From positions 1 to 14,539 of the forward strand of contig NW_021825777.1 in the NCBI RefSeq assembly GCF_006345805.1: a DNA stretch of 14,539 bases, given 5' to 3'. The notes under the pieces are model-generated. The model ran no database searches. It was not told the origin of the DNA and saw only the letters and a list, made by a program, of their open reading frames with translations. Source of the DNA: Octopus sinensis. Its lineage: Eukaryota. A program made the position numbers and the translations under genes. Positions 1-9,387 of this stretch are shown piece after piece. The number at the start of each line of letters is the position of its first letter. The stretch's first letter is position 1.

Positions 1-68
1 TATGTATGTATGTATGCATGTATGTATGTATGTATGTATGTATGTATGTATGTATGTACGTATGTATT
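1..68. repeat. (TATG)n microsatellite, cut by window edge
   Basis: Direct reading of tandem TATG units. Confidence 0.97.
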
Positions 69-461
69 TATATATTCATACATTTACCCGTCGTATTGAA
101 AACTGATTTCTAAAAAACAAAAAATATTTCCGTCAAGATTTCCAAGCTGAAGTACCCAAACCTTTTGTTCGTTACTGAAACGGCAGAACAATTCTTGAAA
201 ATGGCTGTTTCACGAATGACACAATGTCAATACTTAGTTTAATTTCACGTATTCATCTTTGGCTTCCGGTGGTGTTGAAATTGTTGTAAATGTTTTATCG
301 GTGGTATATTATATAAAACAGAATTAAAAATAAAACAAGATATTTAGATTGAAACGTTGAAAAAGCTAAACGGAAACGTTCAGAAGCAGTTGTAGTGGTT
401 GCCGCCGTGAACTCTTTTGACGTGGCAAAACGACAGGCTTGAAAGGAGAGCTTCTCCACTG

Positions 462-782
462 TTGTGTGTATGTATGTATGTATGTATGTATGTATGTATG
501 CATGCATGTATGTATGTATGTATCTATGTATGTATGTGTGTATGTATGTATGTATGTATGTATGTATGTATGTATGTATGCATGCATGCATGTATGTATG
601 TATAGATGGAAGAATGGATATATGTATGTGCTTTATACAGACATACATACATATAACTAATTATACGTACCTACATACACACATATATATAGTATACCTA
701 TATATATATATATATATATGTATACCTTCATATATTATATGCATACTACATATATACATACCTACATACAACATACATACAT

Positions 783-813
<31 letters not shown>

Positions 814-935
814 TATTATATATATATATCTATATATATATATATATAGATAGATAGATATATGCATACATACATAACATACATATATACACACACACAT
901 CTTTTTACATACACAAATATATATATGTATATATT
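462..935. repeat. Compound microsatellite (TATG)n / (TA)n / (CATA)n / (CA)n / (GATA)n
   Basis: Tandem units visible; source of the MYVC/HTYI pseudo-ORFs. Confidence 0.95.
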
Positions 936-984
936 CGCTATGGTTTTGACAGTAACACTTATCTTCTTGAGAGCGAAGGAGGGA

Positions 985-1080
985 TGGAGAGAGAGAGAGA
1001 GAGAGAGGGGGCGGAGGTAGAGAGAGAATTGAGATATAATGAAAGAATGAAAGATAGTGAGTGAAAGAGAGATCTGAGCG
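985..1080. repeat. (GA)n purine-rich tract
   Basis: gagagaga run at ~987-1006 followed by degenerate GA-rich sequence. Confidence 0.85.
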
Positions 1081-1857
1081 TGAGTCACTTAGAAAAATAC
1101 TGAAGTCTAATTGAGGAAGTGTTACAATAGAAAATATTAATTTTTTTTTGTCTTCAACCGGTAAGAGCAAAAGATAAGGAGAAAAAAATTGAAGAAGAAA
1201 AAAAGACAAAAAACAAGAATAAAATATATCCTGACAACAATTACAACTAAATCAACAACAACAACAACAATAATCAACTAGGGTACTGCGTAATGGTTTT
1301 AGAAATTGAGGAAGAGAAACGAAAAGAACATAAATATCTAAAATACATAAATACAATGGAATCGTATCCGTAGTTGAATAGAAAATTCATTTGTTGTATG
1401 AAAGCGAAAAATCAAATCGATGGGAAAAAGAGAGCAAACTATATATGAAGCACATGATTACATAAAAATCATCATCGTTGATTCTCTCTTTGTTAAGCGA
1501 AGCTTTAATATCCTTCTCATGTATTCAATGTTCGCCAGAGAAAACTAATACGACATTGCAAAACGAATAGAATTACAATTATCTATCTTAAACTAGACTC
1601 TATTGTCGCTGGTGATGGTGTTGAGGGGATAAAAAATAAGATAAAGGTTAAATATATGTAATTAAGTTTGAAATCTCATTAGGGACGATTTTACTTCGTA
1701 TTTCATTCAAATTTATTCTTCATTTTTGTTATTGTTTCGTTGATTATAATGAAGCAGACGACATTCCGAAGGGAAATTGCCATCATTTTTGTGAATAATT
1801 TTGTGTTTTGTTGCGACTTTTATTCAACGAATGTTTTGGGTGTATGTAGAAGTGGAA

Positions 1858-1969
1858 ATATATGTACGTATATATACACGCATGTATATATACATACAAC
1901 ACATGTATATAATATACATATACATATATATATATATATATATATAATATATATATCTATATATATATA

Positions 1970-2031
<62 letters not shown>

Positions 2032-2075
2032 ATATGCATGCGTATGTGCATGTACGTACGTAGGTTTGTATATAT
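1858..2075. repeat. (TA)n compound microsatellite
   Basis: Long TA run with CATA/TGCA variants. Confidence 0.95.
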
Positions 2076-2456
2076 AATGTATGGGTTACAAGAATATATA
2101 ATCTTTAAGAAAGGAATAAAATACAATATTCAAATTGTAAAGTATTTCAACCAAAAATATAGATAAACTTTTTGTCAATTAAAAACACAAATAACAATGT
2201 TACAAAAGGACATAAACGAATGCATTTACTTGCAATTAACCGCTTTTACTCTTGTATATATATATAAATATATATTATATACATGTGTGGGTGTGTGTGT
2301 GTGTGTGTTGTTTGCGGTTGGGGCTTTCGCAACAGAAGGTTTGGACAGATCTGAAATGGATGCTGTTTAGAAAAATAATTTATTAGTCATCGGACATGAC
2401 AGCTGTTTCATTTCGTGTCATTTAGAATATTTAAATATTCTAATTGTGATAGGATA

Positions 2457-2557
2457 GCAGCAGCAGCAGCAGCAGAAGCAGTAGTAGTAGTTACATTATT
2501 TGGTGAGATCTGTGAAATTAACGAAAGACGTAAAGGGATACAGAGACAAAGAGGAGT

Positions 2558-2618
<61 letters not shown>
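2457..2618. repeat. (GCA)n/(GTA)n and (GA)n microsatellites
   Basis: gcagcagca..gtagtagta at 2457-2491; pure (GA)n at ~2561-2618. Confidence 0.9.
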
Positions 2619-2621
<3 letters not shown>

Positions 2622-2656
2622 TGATGGTAGATGACCGAAACTTATAGTGAGAGAAA

Positions 2657-2790
2657 CTGTGAGGGGTTAAGAAGGACTCTTCAGAATCATGTAATTACGG
2701 GTTCGATCTCACTGTCCAGCACATTGAGCAATTATCCTGCTAACAGAACATTCGATTCCTCATTGCCTTAGTACGCAGAAATAGTGAGGA
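2657..2790 (+). mobile_element. Old degenerate tRNA-derived SINE head (family B-like)
   Basis: B-box-like GGTTCGATCTC at ~2700 followed by 'cactgtccagcacattgagcaa', a decayed version of family B 'cactgcgtggcaccttgggcaa'. Confidence 0.5.
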
Positions 2791-2796
2791 ATAACA

Positions 2797-2814
2797 TCAT
2801 ACCTACATACATAC

Positions 2815-2845
<31 letters not shown>

Positions 2846-2880
2846 TGTATGTATGTATGTATGTATGTATATATATATAT
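2797..2880. repeat. (CATA)n-(TATG)n-(TA)n microsatellite
   Basis: Tandem units; orientation flips at ~2817. Confidence 0.95.
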
Positions 2881-2940
2881 AACTTATAAAATAAGGGGCA
2901 AAAGAAAAATTCTCATGCCAAATATGACGAAAATAGACAA

Positions 2941-3000
2941 ATTGTCGACAACCAATTTCAGAGTTAATTCATAAGAATGTTCTCCTCCTCAGCGATAAAT
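2941..3000 (-). ncRNA. Hammerhead-ribozyme-like motif, copy 1 (imperfect helix I/III)
   Basis: Minus strand: AUUUAUCG CUGAGGA GGAG..hairpin..CUCU GAAA UUGG UU GU CGACAAUU. Confidence 0.45.
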
Positions 3001-3415
3001 ATGTAAGACATAAATGAAATACTTACTCATACTCACGGAAAAAGCAAACACTACGTCCTGAGCAGACCTAAGTACCCCAAATATATCCAAAATAGAACAT
3101 CTTCAGCACATTTCGAGACACGTGTGATTCGAACTAGAAACTTTCACAGAGTGAGAGAGTCCGGAAGTGAACACTATTAAATTTACATCTAATGTAGGAT
3201 AAAATTTCTTCGAAAAAAATTTTATCAATGGCCAGCATATTAAAAATAACTTTAAAGGTTAAATTTATAAATAACTTATAAAATAAGGGCAAAAGAAAAA
3301 TTCTAATGCCAAATATGCCGAAAATAGAGAAATTATCAACAACCATTATAATTTATGCGTTTCGAAACAAGCTGATAGAAATTTCTAAAAAAAATCCGTT
3401 ATTACCATTTTGGTC

Positions 3416-3464
3416 CCAATTTCAGAGTTAATTCATAAGAATTTTCTCTTCCTCAGCGATAAAT
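3416..3464 (-). ncRNA. Hammerhead-ribozyme-like core, copy 2
   Basis: Minus strand: CUGAGGA AGAG aa AAUUC uuau GAAUU aa CUCU GAAA UUGG; 3' part separated by a 73-nt indel. Confidence 0.4.
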
Positions 3465-3543
3465 ACGTAAGACATAAATGAAATACTCCCACTCACAGAA
3501 AAAGCAAGCAGACCTAAGTACCCCATGTGCTGAAGATTTTCTA

Positions 3544-3586
3544 CACACAGACACACAGACACACACATATATATATATTATACATT

Positions 3587-3675
<89 letters not shown>

Positions 3676-3691
3676 TTATATATATATACAT
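3544..3691. repeat. (CA)n/(TA)n microsatellite
   Basis: Tandem units. Confidence 0.95.
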
Positions 3692-3692
3692 A

Positions 3693-3751
3693 ACTATAGC
3701 ATTGTGAGTGGATTTGGTAGATTTGGAAACTGAAAGAAGTCCATTGTGTAC
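3693..3751 (+). mobile_element. SINE family B internal fragment
   Basis: 'ttgtgagtggatttggtaga..ggaaactgaaagaag' is the reverse complement of 7460-7499 of the full copy. Confidence 0.8.
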
Positions 3752-3759
3752 ACGAAGGA

Positions 3760-3882
3760 CTTTGGTCCGCCCGAGGCTATAGTTGAAGACAATTGTCCAA
3801 AGTGCCACGCAGTGGAACTGAACCCTGAAACATGCGGTTGGGAAGTAAGCTTCTTGCCGCACATCCACGCCTGTGCCGCGCC
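3760..3882 (-). mobile_element. SINE family B 5' half (tRNA head plus CORE-like segment)
   Basis: Aligns with 7501-7618; minus-strand A box (tggatgtgcgg) and B-box-like gggttcagttcc. Confidence 0.88.
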
Positions 3883-4383
3883 TACATAAACACTTTTGCA
3901 ACGTAGACTTAGTTCGCTGCCCTCACAACCACTGCCATCTCACCGCCTTATTTATGCCCTGACTCCGAGCTTACTTCGCTCCAACTGGAGGAGATGGAGA
4001 AGTCAGAATTGAAAAGAAAGCGGAAATTATATTGTGGAGTGTCCCTATACTCACCGGATGTGACATCACGAAATATTTCCGGTCAGGGAATAATTTTTAT
4101 ATATTTCTGTCGTCCATATATTTCGATTAGTCGTGGCAGGTAACGTCGCAGAAACAGCATTGTTCTTTTGTTTGGCATAATTCCCATTATGTGTGTTAGT
4201 AAGTATAGGATTAGCTTAGTGAGCTATGCAAGATCGACATGGACCTCCCGTTGGTGTCTTGCCAAACAAAAATCGATGAAAAATTACGAGTAATTGCTAT
4301 AAACCTTGAGTAAACTCAAGGTTGCTTGTACTTTGCCAACTGTGTCTCAGATAACGAACAGAGGGAGTCAGCAAATATTTGAA

Positions 4384-4501
<118 letters not shown>

Positions 4502-4505
4502 GTAA

Positions 4506-4678
4506 TGGCTGTGTGGTTTCTGGTAAAAGGCTGGGTGTCAACGCGACGCTTTGCTCCAATATTGTTGCGAAACTATCCATGTATTTTAAGTTCAAATCCC
4601 ATCGAATTCCGCTTGCCTTTCATATTTCGTTGGGTCGATAACATAAAGTTCGAAAAAAAATATATATTGGGTTCGATC
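4506..4678 (+). mobile_element. Old degenerate SINE with family A-type core
   Basis: A-box-like tggctgtgtgg; aagttcaaatcc B box; 'ttgcctttcatatttc..gggtcgataa' core; terminal tgggttcgat. Confidence 0.6.
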
Positions 4679-4751
4679 TAATTGATGGTACATTATTTCA
4701 TTCTTGGTTTGTAATCTTCATTTCCTAGATGAATACTCTTTGTTCATTTTG

Positions 4752-4898
4752 TTCCGTCTACCAAATCCACTCACGAGCCTATGGTCCGCCCGAGGCTATA
4801 GTTGAATACAAATGTCCAACATGCCACGCGGTGGAACTGAACCCAGAACCATGCGGTTGGGAAGTAAGCTTCTTACCGCACATCCACGCCTGCGCGCC
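4752..4898 (-). mobile_element. SINE family B 5' half
   Basis: Aligns with 7473-7618 and 3763-3882. Confidence 0.9.
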
Positions 4899-4920
4899 TA
4901 CATAAACACTTTTGCAACTT

Positions 4921-5226
4921 AGCGAGTTGGAAGAATCGTTAACGCGCCGGAACAAAATTCTTTGCAGCATGTCTTCTGAAAATACATTCTGAGTTTAAGT
5001 TCTACCGAGGTCGACTTTGCCTTTCATCTTTTCGGAGTCGATAAATTAAATACCAGTTGAGCACTGGGGTCGATAAAATAAGTACCCCAGTGCTCTATAA
5101 AATAAGTACCATTCGAACACTGGGGGGTTGAGAGAATAAGCACCAGCTGTGCACTGGGGTCGAGGTAATCGACTGTCCTCCTCTCACGAAATTGCAGGCC
5201 TTGTGCTAATATTTGAAACCGTTATT
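4921..5226 (+). mobile_element. SINE family A with internally multiplied ~32-bp module
   Basis: Head gcgagttggaagaatcgtt; core ccgaggtcgactttgcctttcatc..gtcgataaa; module 'gtcgataaaataagtaccagttgagcactggg' repeated 3-4 times. Confidence 0.88.
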
Positions 5227-5275
5227 TTATTCCTTTTAAGCTGGCGTTGTTTTAATAATTAATCGAGAATTCAAA

Positions 5276-5491
5276 GTGGCGAGCTGGCAGTATCGTTAGC
5301 ACAACGGGCAAAATGCTTAGCGGCATTTCGTCCCTTTCTACGGTCTGAGTTCAAATCCTGCCGAGGTCGACTTTGTCTTTAATTCTTTCGGGATCGATAA
5401 AACAAATACCAGTTGAACACTAAGATCGATGCAATCGATTTGACCCTGTCCCCAAAGTTGCTGACCTCGTACCAACATTTTAAACCAATAT
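5276..5491 (+). mobile_element. SINE family A monomer
   Basis: tggcgagctggcag head, gagttcaaatcc B box, core as in 12152-12383. Confidence 0.9.
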
Positions 5492-5507
5492 TTAATCGAG
5501 AGTTCTG

Positions 5508-5686
5508 GGCGGTGAGCTGGGAGATTCGATTTAACGTTCTGAGTTCAAATTCCGCCGAGGCCGACTTTTCCCTTCATCCTTACGGGACTGATAAAACAAG
5601 TACCAGTTGAACACTGGGGTCGAGGTATTCGACTAATCCCCTCCTCTGAATTCAGTGAGCTTTTGCCAAAATTTGGAACGAATATC
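5508..5686 (+). mobile_element. SINE family A monomer with deletion in the head
   Basis: ggcggtgagctgg..gttctgagttcaaattccgccgagg..core. Confidence 0.88.
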
Positions 5687-5704
5687 TAATCGAGAAGAAT
5701 CTGA

Positions 5705-5790
5705 TCTTGTGTTAGTGGTTCGCGTCCTAACAGCTCTAGAACGGCCCCAGGCACTCTTAACATTGTCACTTGGAATATCAGACGCTGTGT
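5705..5790 (+). pseudogene. Relic of a LINE (RTE-like) AP-endonuclease N-terminus
   Basis: 5756-5782 translates LNIVTWNIR; restoring one A gives ..WNIRTLC, matching the (L)xIxTWNVRTL motif that opens LINE APE domains. Confidence 0.45.
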
Positions 5791-5843
5791 TAACTATTCC
5801 AGCAACAGCAGCACCACCCACGCCACTATCAACCCATTCCAAG

Positions 5844-5972
5844 TCTGAGTTTAAGTTCTACCGAGGTCGACTTTGTCATTCATCTTTTCGGAGTCGATAA
5901 ATTGAATACCAGTTGAGCACTGGGGTCGATAAAATAAGTACCCCAGTGCTCTATAAAATAAGTACCATCGAA
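5844..5972 (+). repeat. Local duplicate of 4988-5117 (SINE A internal piece)
   Basis: Near-identical, including private variants (gagtttaagttctacc) and the inverted insert accccagtgctc. Confidence 0.9.
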
Positions 5973-6430
5973 GCTAGAGTAGGGGAGATGCGACAAAGAA
6001 AAAGAAAGAGTGAGAAAGGGAAGCCGGGAAGAAGAAAAACAACGATAACGACGATAACAAGAACCACAAGAATTATAAGACAAAAACGAGTAAACGAGAT
6101 GAGAAAACAAAGATTTAAGAAGTAAAGTAGAAAAACAAATACGAGACCTATGACAACAACAACAACAACAACAACAGCAGCAACATCAGAAAAAGCAGAA
6201 ACAACAATAATTGGAAAGATAAGAGAACCATCACGGCTCGGTCAACGGAAAGTGGTCATTTCAAAGAGTTTGCACAAGTATAATATCAAGAGATGCAGGT
6301 GTGAGCGAACGGTGGTCAGACGTGTGTGAGACCAGTTGGTGTTATCGTGGATACCGATAAGATTAAGATGTAGTATAGGGGCAACTGAACGATATGGGGG
6401 AGCATGAGGGGGAGGGGGGTCAATAAATTC

Positions 6431-6489
6431 GCACACACACACACAACACATGTACACACATACACGCATACACACACACGCACACAGAT

Positions 6490-6528
<39 letters not shown>

Positions 6529-6541
6529 ACACACACACACT

Positions 6542-6572
<31 letters not shown>

Positions 6573-6836
6573 GCGAATTGCGGTGTATGTGTGTGTGTAT
6601 GTACGTATGTATGCATGTTTATGCAGATAGATAGATAGATAGATAGACGTACATACATACATACATACATACACACACACATACATACATACATACATAC
6701 ATACATACATACATAATAGATACATACATATATGCATACATACGTACATACATACATACATACATATATACATACATACATACATACATACATACATACA
6801 TACATACATACATACATACATACATGGATAGATAGA
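6431..6836. repeat. Compound microsatellite (CA)n/(TA)n/(GA)n/(GATA)n/(CATA)n
   Basis: Tandem units. Confidence 0.95.
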
Positions 6837-6953
6837 TGAAAGGCAAAGCCGACCTAGACTAATTTGAACTCATAACTCATAACTCAGAACGTAAAGACGT
6901 AAAGACAGACGAAATGCTGCTAAGCATTTTTCTCGGCGTGCTAATGATTCTGC
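6836..6953 (-). mobile_element. SINE family A 5' fragment
   Basis: Matches 8509-8605, with micro-duplications (aactcat x3, gtaaagac x2). Confidence 0.85.
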
Positions 6954-7143
6954 ATGAAGGTGCAAAGAGAAAATTAATCAGAATGATCAGGAATAACGAA
7001 GAAGTCTGATGAATTTCTATTAAAGTCGAACCTACAAGTTCTGTAAGTTGTAAGGAGGATTCAAGAGCCATTGTTATTCTCACAATATGTAATGCTGTGA
7101 TTACACTTCATAAAGATGTAGGAGCGCTAAAGAGTGAAGCACC

Positions 7144-7378
7144 CTTTTACTTGTTTCAGTCATTTGACTGTGGCCATGCTGGAGCACCGCCCTTAAAGTC
7201 GAGCAAATCGACCCCCGGGACTTATTCTTTGTAAGCCTAGTACTTATTCTATCGGTCATTTGCCAATCCGCGAAGTTACGGGGACATAAATACACCAGCA
7301 TCGGTTGTCAAGCGATGTTGAGGGAACAAACACAGACACACAAACATACTCACAGACTCACATACATACATACATATA

Positions 7379-7455
<77 letters not shown>

Positions 7456-7618
7456 AGACGGGCTTCTTTTAGTTTCCGTTTACCAAATCCACTCACAAGG
7501 CTTTGGTCGGCCCGAGGCTTTAGTAGAAGACACTTGCCCAAGGTGCCATACAGTGGGACTGAACCCGGAACCATGTGGTTGGTAAGCAAGCTACTTACCA
7601 CACAGCCACTCCTACGCC
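7144..7618 (-). mobile_element. Full-length SINE family B (tRNA head, CORE-like segment, internal microsatellite, 3' tail)
   Basis: Minus strand begins ggcgtaggagtggctgtgtggtaag (A box), then ccgggttcagtccc (B box), caccttgggcaagtgtctt (CORE-like), (TA)n(TG)n at 7330-7455, and tail ggcggtgctccagcatggcc..tgactgaaacaagtaaaag. Confidence 0.92.
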
Positions 7619-7927
7619 TATAACTGTATAATTATAATGTCATTACCAGTTCAAATATGCCTGTAGCACGTTTGGAAACAAGTTCTTCACTGTGTTTTGC
7701 CATGGAGAAAATTTCTCACTGTAGATAAATGGTGTAAATACACTTAGATCAGCTCGCAGCGCCCCTTTTCAGACTGTGAGATGCAGCATTTCGGAGTAGT
7801 TGTGTCCTATTCGGTCACAGACACTGGGCACAGAGCCCTACAAACTGACGAAAGAGGGTGATTTTCGTATGCTATGTCTGTCATCGTACGATGGCTGATA
7901 ACGCTACGCGGCCGTTCGCCGTGATTA

Positions 7928-8665
7928 CCGTATATGATGGCCTTTAAGACGCGCCATTTTTTAAACCCCAAAATGGCTTTAACCCCGCCCTGCGTCCAAT
8001 GCACTCAATGTAGGCTCAAAACTCGCTCAAAACGGTATGTATGCTTACAAAACGTGTGCTACCATCTATTGATAAACAATCACCCACGGTATGTTTATAT
8101 CGAATGTGAATGCAATAAATTGCTTATAATTACCAGTAATAACATAAAGTTATACAGGTAGATAGAGGAATTAAAACCTTATTTTAGTGGTAATTTATTT
8201 TACAAAATTATATATTTCTTTATTGCCCACAAGGGGCTAAACATAGAGGACAACAAGGACAGACAAAGAGATTAAGTCATTACATCGACCCCAGTGCGAA
8301 ACTGGTACTTTTATTTATCGACCCGAAGGATGAAAGGCAAAGTCGGACCTCGGTGGATTTGAACTCAGACATAACGACAGACGAAATACCTATTTCTTTA
8401 TTACCCACAAGGCTAACAAAGAGAGGACAAACAAGGACAGACATAGGTATTAAGTCGATTACATCGACCCCAGTGCATACTGGTACTTAATTTATCGACC
8501 CCGAAAGGATGAAAGGCAAAGTCGACCTCGGCGGAATTTGAACTCAGAACGTAACGGCAGACGAAATACCGCTAAGCATTCCGCCCGGCGCGCTAACGTG
8601 TCTGCCAGAGCCTAGGCTAGGGTGCGTCCTATACACTCGTGCGTCTTATAGGCTATCAAATATGG
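7928..8665. mobile_element. Tc1/mariner-superfamily (Tc2/pogo-type) MITE with nested SINE
   Basis: Left end TA|ccgtatatgatggcctttaagacgcgc; right end reverse complement TA|ccatatttgatagcctataagacgcac (22/27 match); TA at 7926-7927 and 8666-8667; subterminal gtgcgtcYtata repeat. Confidence 0.85.
8213..8608 (-). mobile_element. Dimeric SINE family A
   Basis: Two tandem monomers (8391-8608 with head; 8213-8390 head-truncated); reverse complement of 12152-12597. Confidence 0.93.
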
Positions 8666-8701
8666 TAAATTACCAAGTAGGAGCGCTAAGCAATGTTATT
8701 A

Positions 8702-8749
8702 CCAGCATGGTTCCAATCTAATGACTGAAACAAATAAAAGAATACAAGA
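8702..8749 (+). mobile_element. SINE family B 3'-terminal fragment
   Basis: ccagcatgg..aatgactgaaacaaataaaagaata matches the tail of 7144-7182 (reverse complement). Confidence 0.75.
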
Positions 8750-8804
8750 ATGGTTGTTGACAGTGTCGATAATTATGGCTTATCAACAGCTTACCAGCCA
8801 CGAT

Positions 8805-9183
8805 GTGGAGGCGCAATGGCCCAGTGGTTAGGGCAGCGGACTCGCGGTCATAGGATCGCGGTTTCGATTCCCAGACCGGGCGTTGTGAGTGTTTATTGAG
8901 CGAAAACATCTAAAGCTCCACGAGGCTCCGGCAGGGGATGGTGGTGACCCTGCTGTACTCTTTCAACCACACCTTTCTCTCACTCTTACTTCCGTTTTCT
9001 GTGTACCTTGTATTTCAAAGGGCCGGCTTGGTCACTCCTGTGTCACGCTGAATAGCCCCGAGAACTACGTTAAGGGTGCAGGTGTGGGTGCTCAGCCACT
9101 TACACGTTAATTTCACGAGCAGCTGTCCGCGTTGATTCGGATCAACCGGAACCCTCGTCGTCGTAACCGACGGAGTGCTTCCC
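8805..9183 (+). mobile_element. Full-length SINE family C with target-site duplication
   Basis: tRNA-like head (D arm gccc-agtggtta-gggc, B-box-like ggtttcgattcc); TSD accagccacgat (8793-8804) / accagcaacgat (9184-9195). Confidence 0.92.
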
Positions 9184-9201
9184 ACCAGCAACGATACAAT
9201 T

Positions 9202-9274
9202 ATCCTTTCTATTATAATAGGCCCATGGTCTTTAGTTTTGGCAGATGGGATTAGTAGATTCCATTGATTCCAGT
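9202..9274 (-). mobile_element. Degenerate SINE family A 3' tail
   Basis: 'gggattagtagattccattgattccagt' resembles 'ggattaagtcgattacatcgaccccagt'. Confidence 0.5.
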
Positions 9275-9387
9275 CAGGTTAATCCTTCACCTGTAATGCT
9301 CATTTATCCACATTGTTTCAAATTAATCATGTATTATCTCCTAGCTTTGTGATTTTGATGATGTGATTGTTTTAGTTCTATATGCGA

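Larger units (their letters stand above)
2880..3543 (-). mobile_element. Partial-tandem repeat unit carrying HHR-like cores; candidate Penelope-like pseudo-LTR or retrozyme remnant
   Basis: Direct repeat 2880-3079 vs 3272-3525; each copy has minus-strand CUGAGGA-helix II-GAAA; segment 3525-3543 is an inverted copy of 3093-3111; flanked by (TA)n/(CA)n. Confidence 0.6.

Noticed and set aside
146-190. CTGAAGTA...TACTGAAACGG hammerhead-like look
   Set aside because: CUGANGA box is incomplete, with no UH site or helix I
295-2126. Many ORFs of MYVC/HTYI/YI repeats
   Set aside because: Stop-free translations of tetra- and dinucleotide microsatellites, open in several frames on both strands
5030-5170. 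Short repeats with variable intervening bases, superficially CRISPR-like
   Set aside because: Contiguous duplications of a SINE-internal module; no unique spacers, no cas genes, eukaryotic context
7006-7032. CTGATGA...GAAC, possible additional hammerhead
   Set aside because: Helix II is poor, no GAAA and no helix I partner
7762-7862. Possible exon (ccccttttcag acceptor, short open frame)
   Set aside because: Weak donor, unrecognisable peptide, no neighbouring exons
7118-8689. Exact 13-mer gtaggagcgctaa occurring twice
   Set aside because: About one such match is expected by chance in 14.5 kb; it does not bracket a coherent element
8805-8882. Possible tRNA gene
   Set aside because: D arm and boxes are present but the anticodon, T and acceptor stems do not pair; it is a SINE head with body and TSD
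9279-9385. Possible piggyBac-type MITE left end (ttaatcctt...) and a possible right end ..agagttaa near 12750
   Set aside because: Termini are too degenerate and no matching TIR pair can be shown in this window
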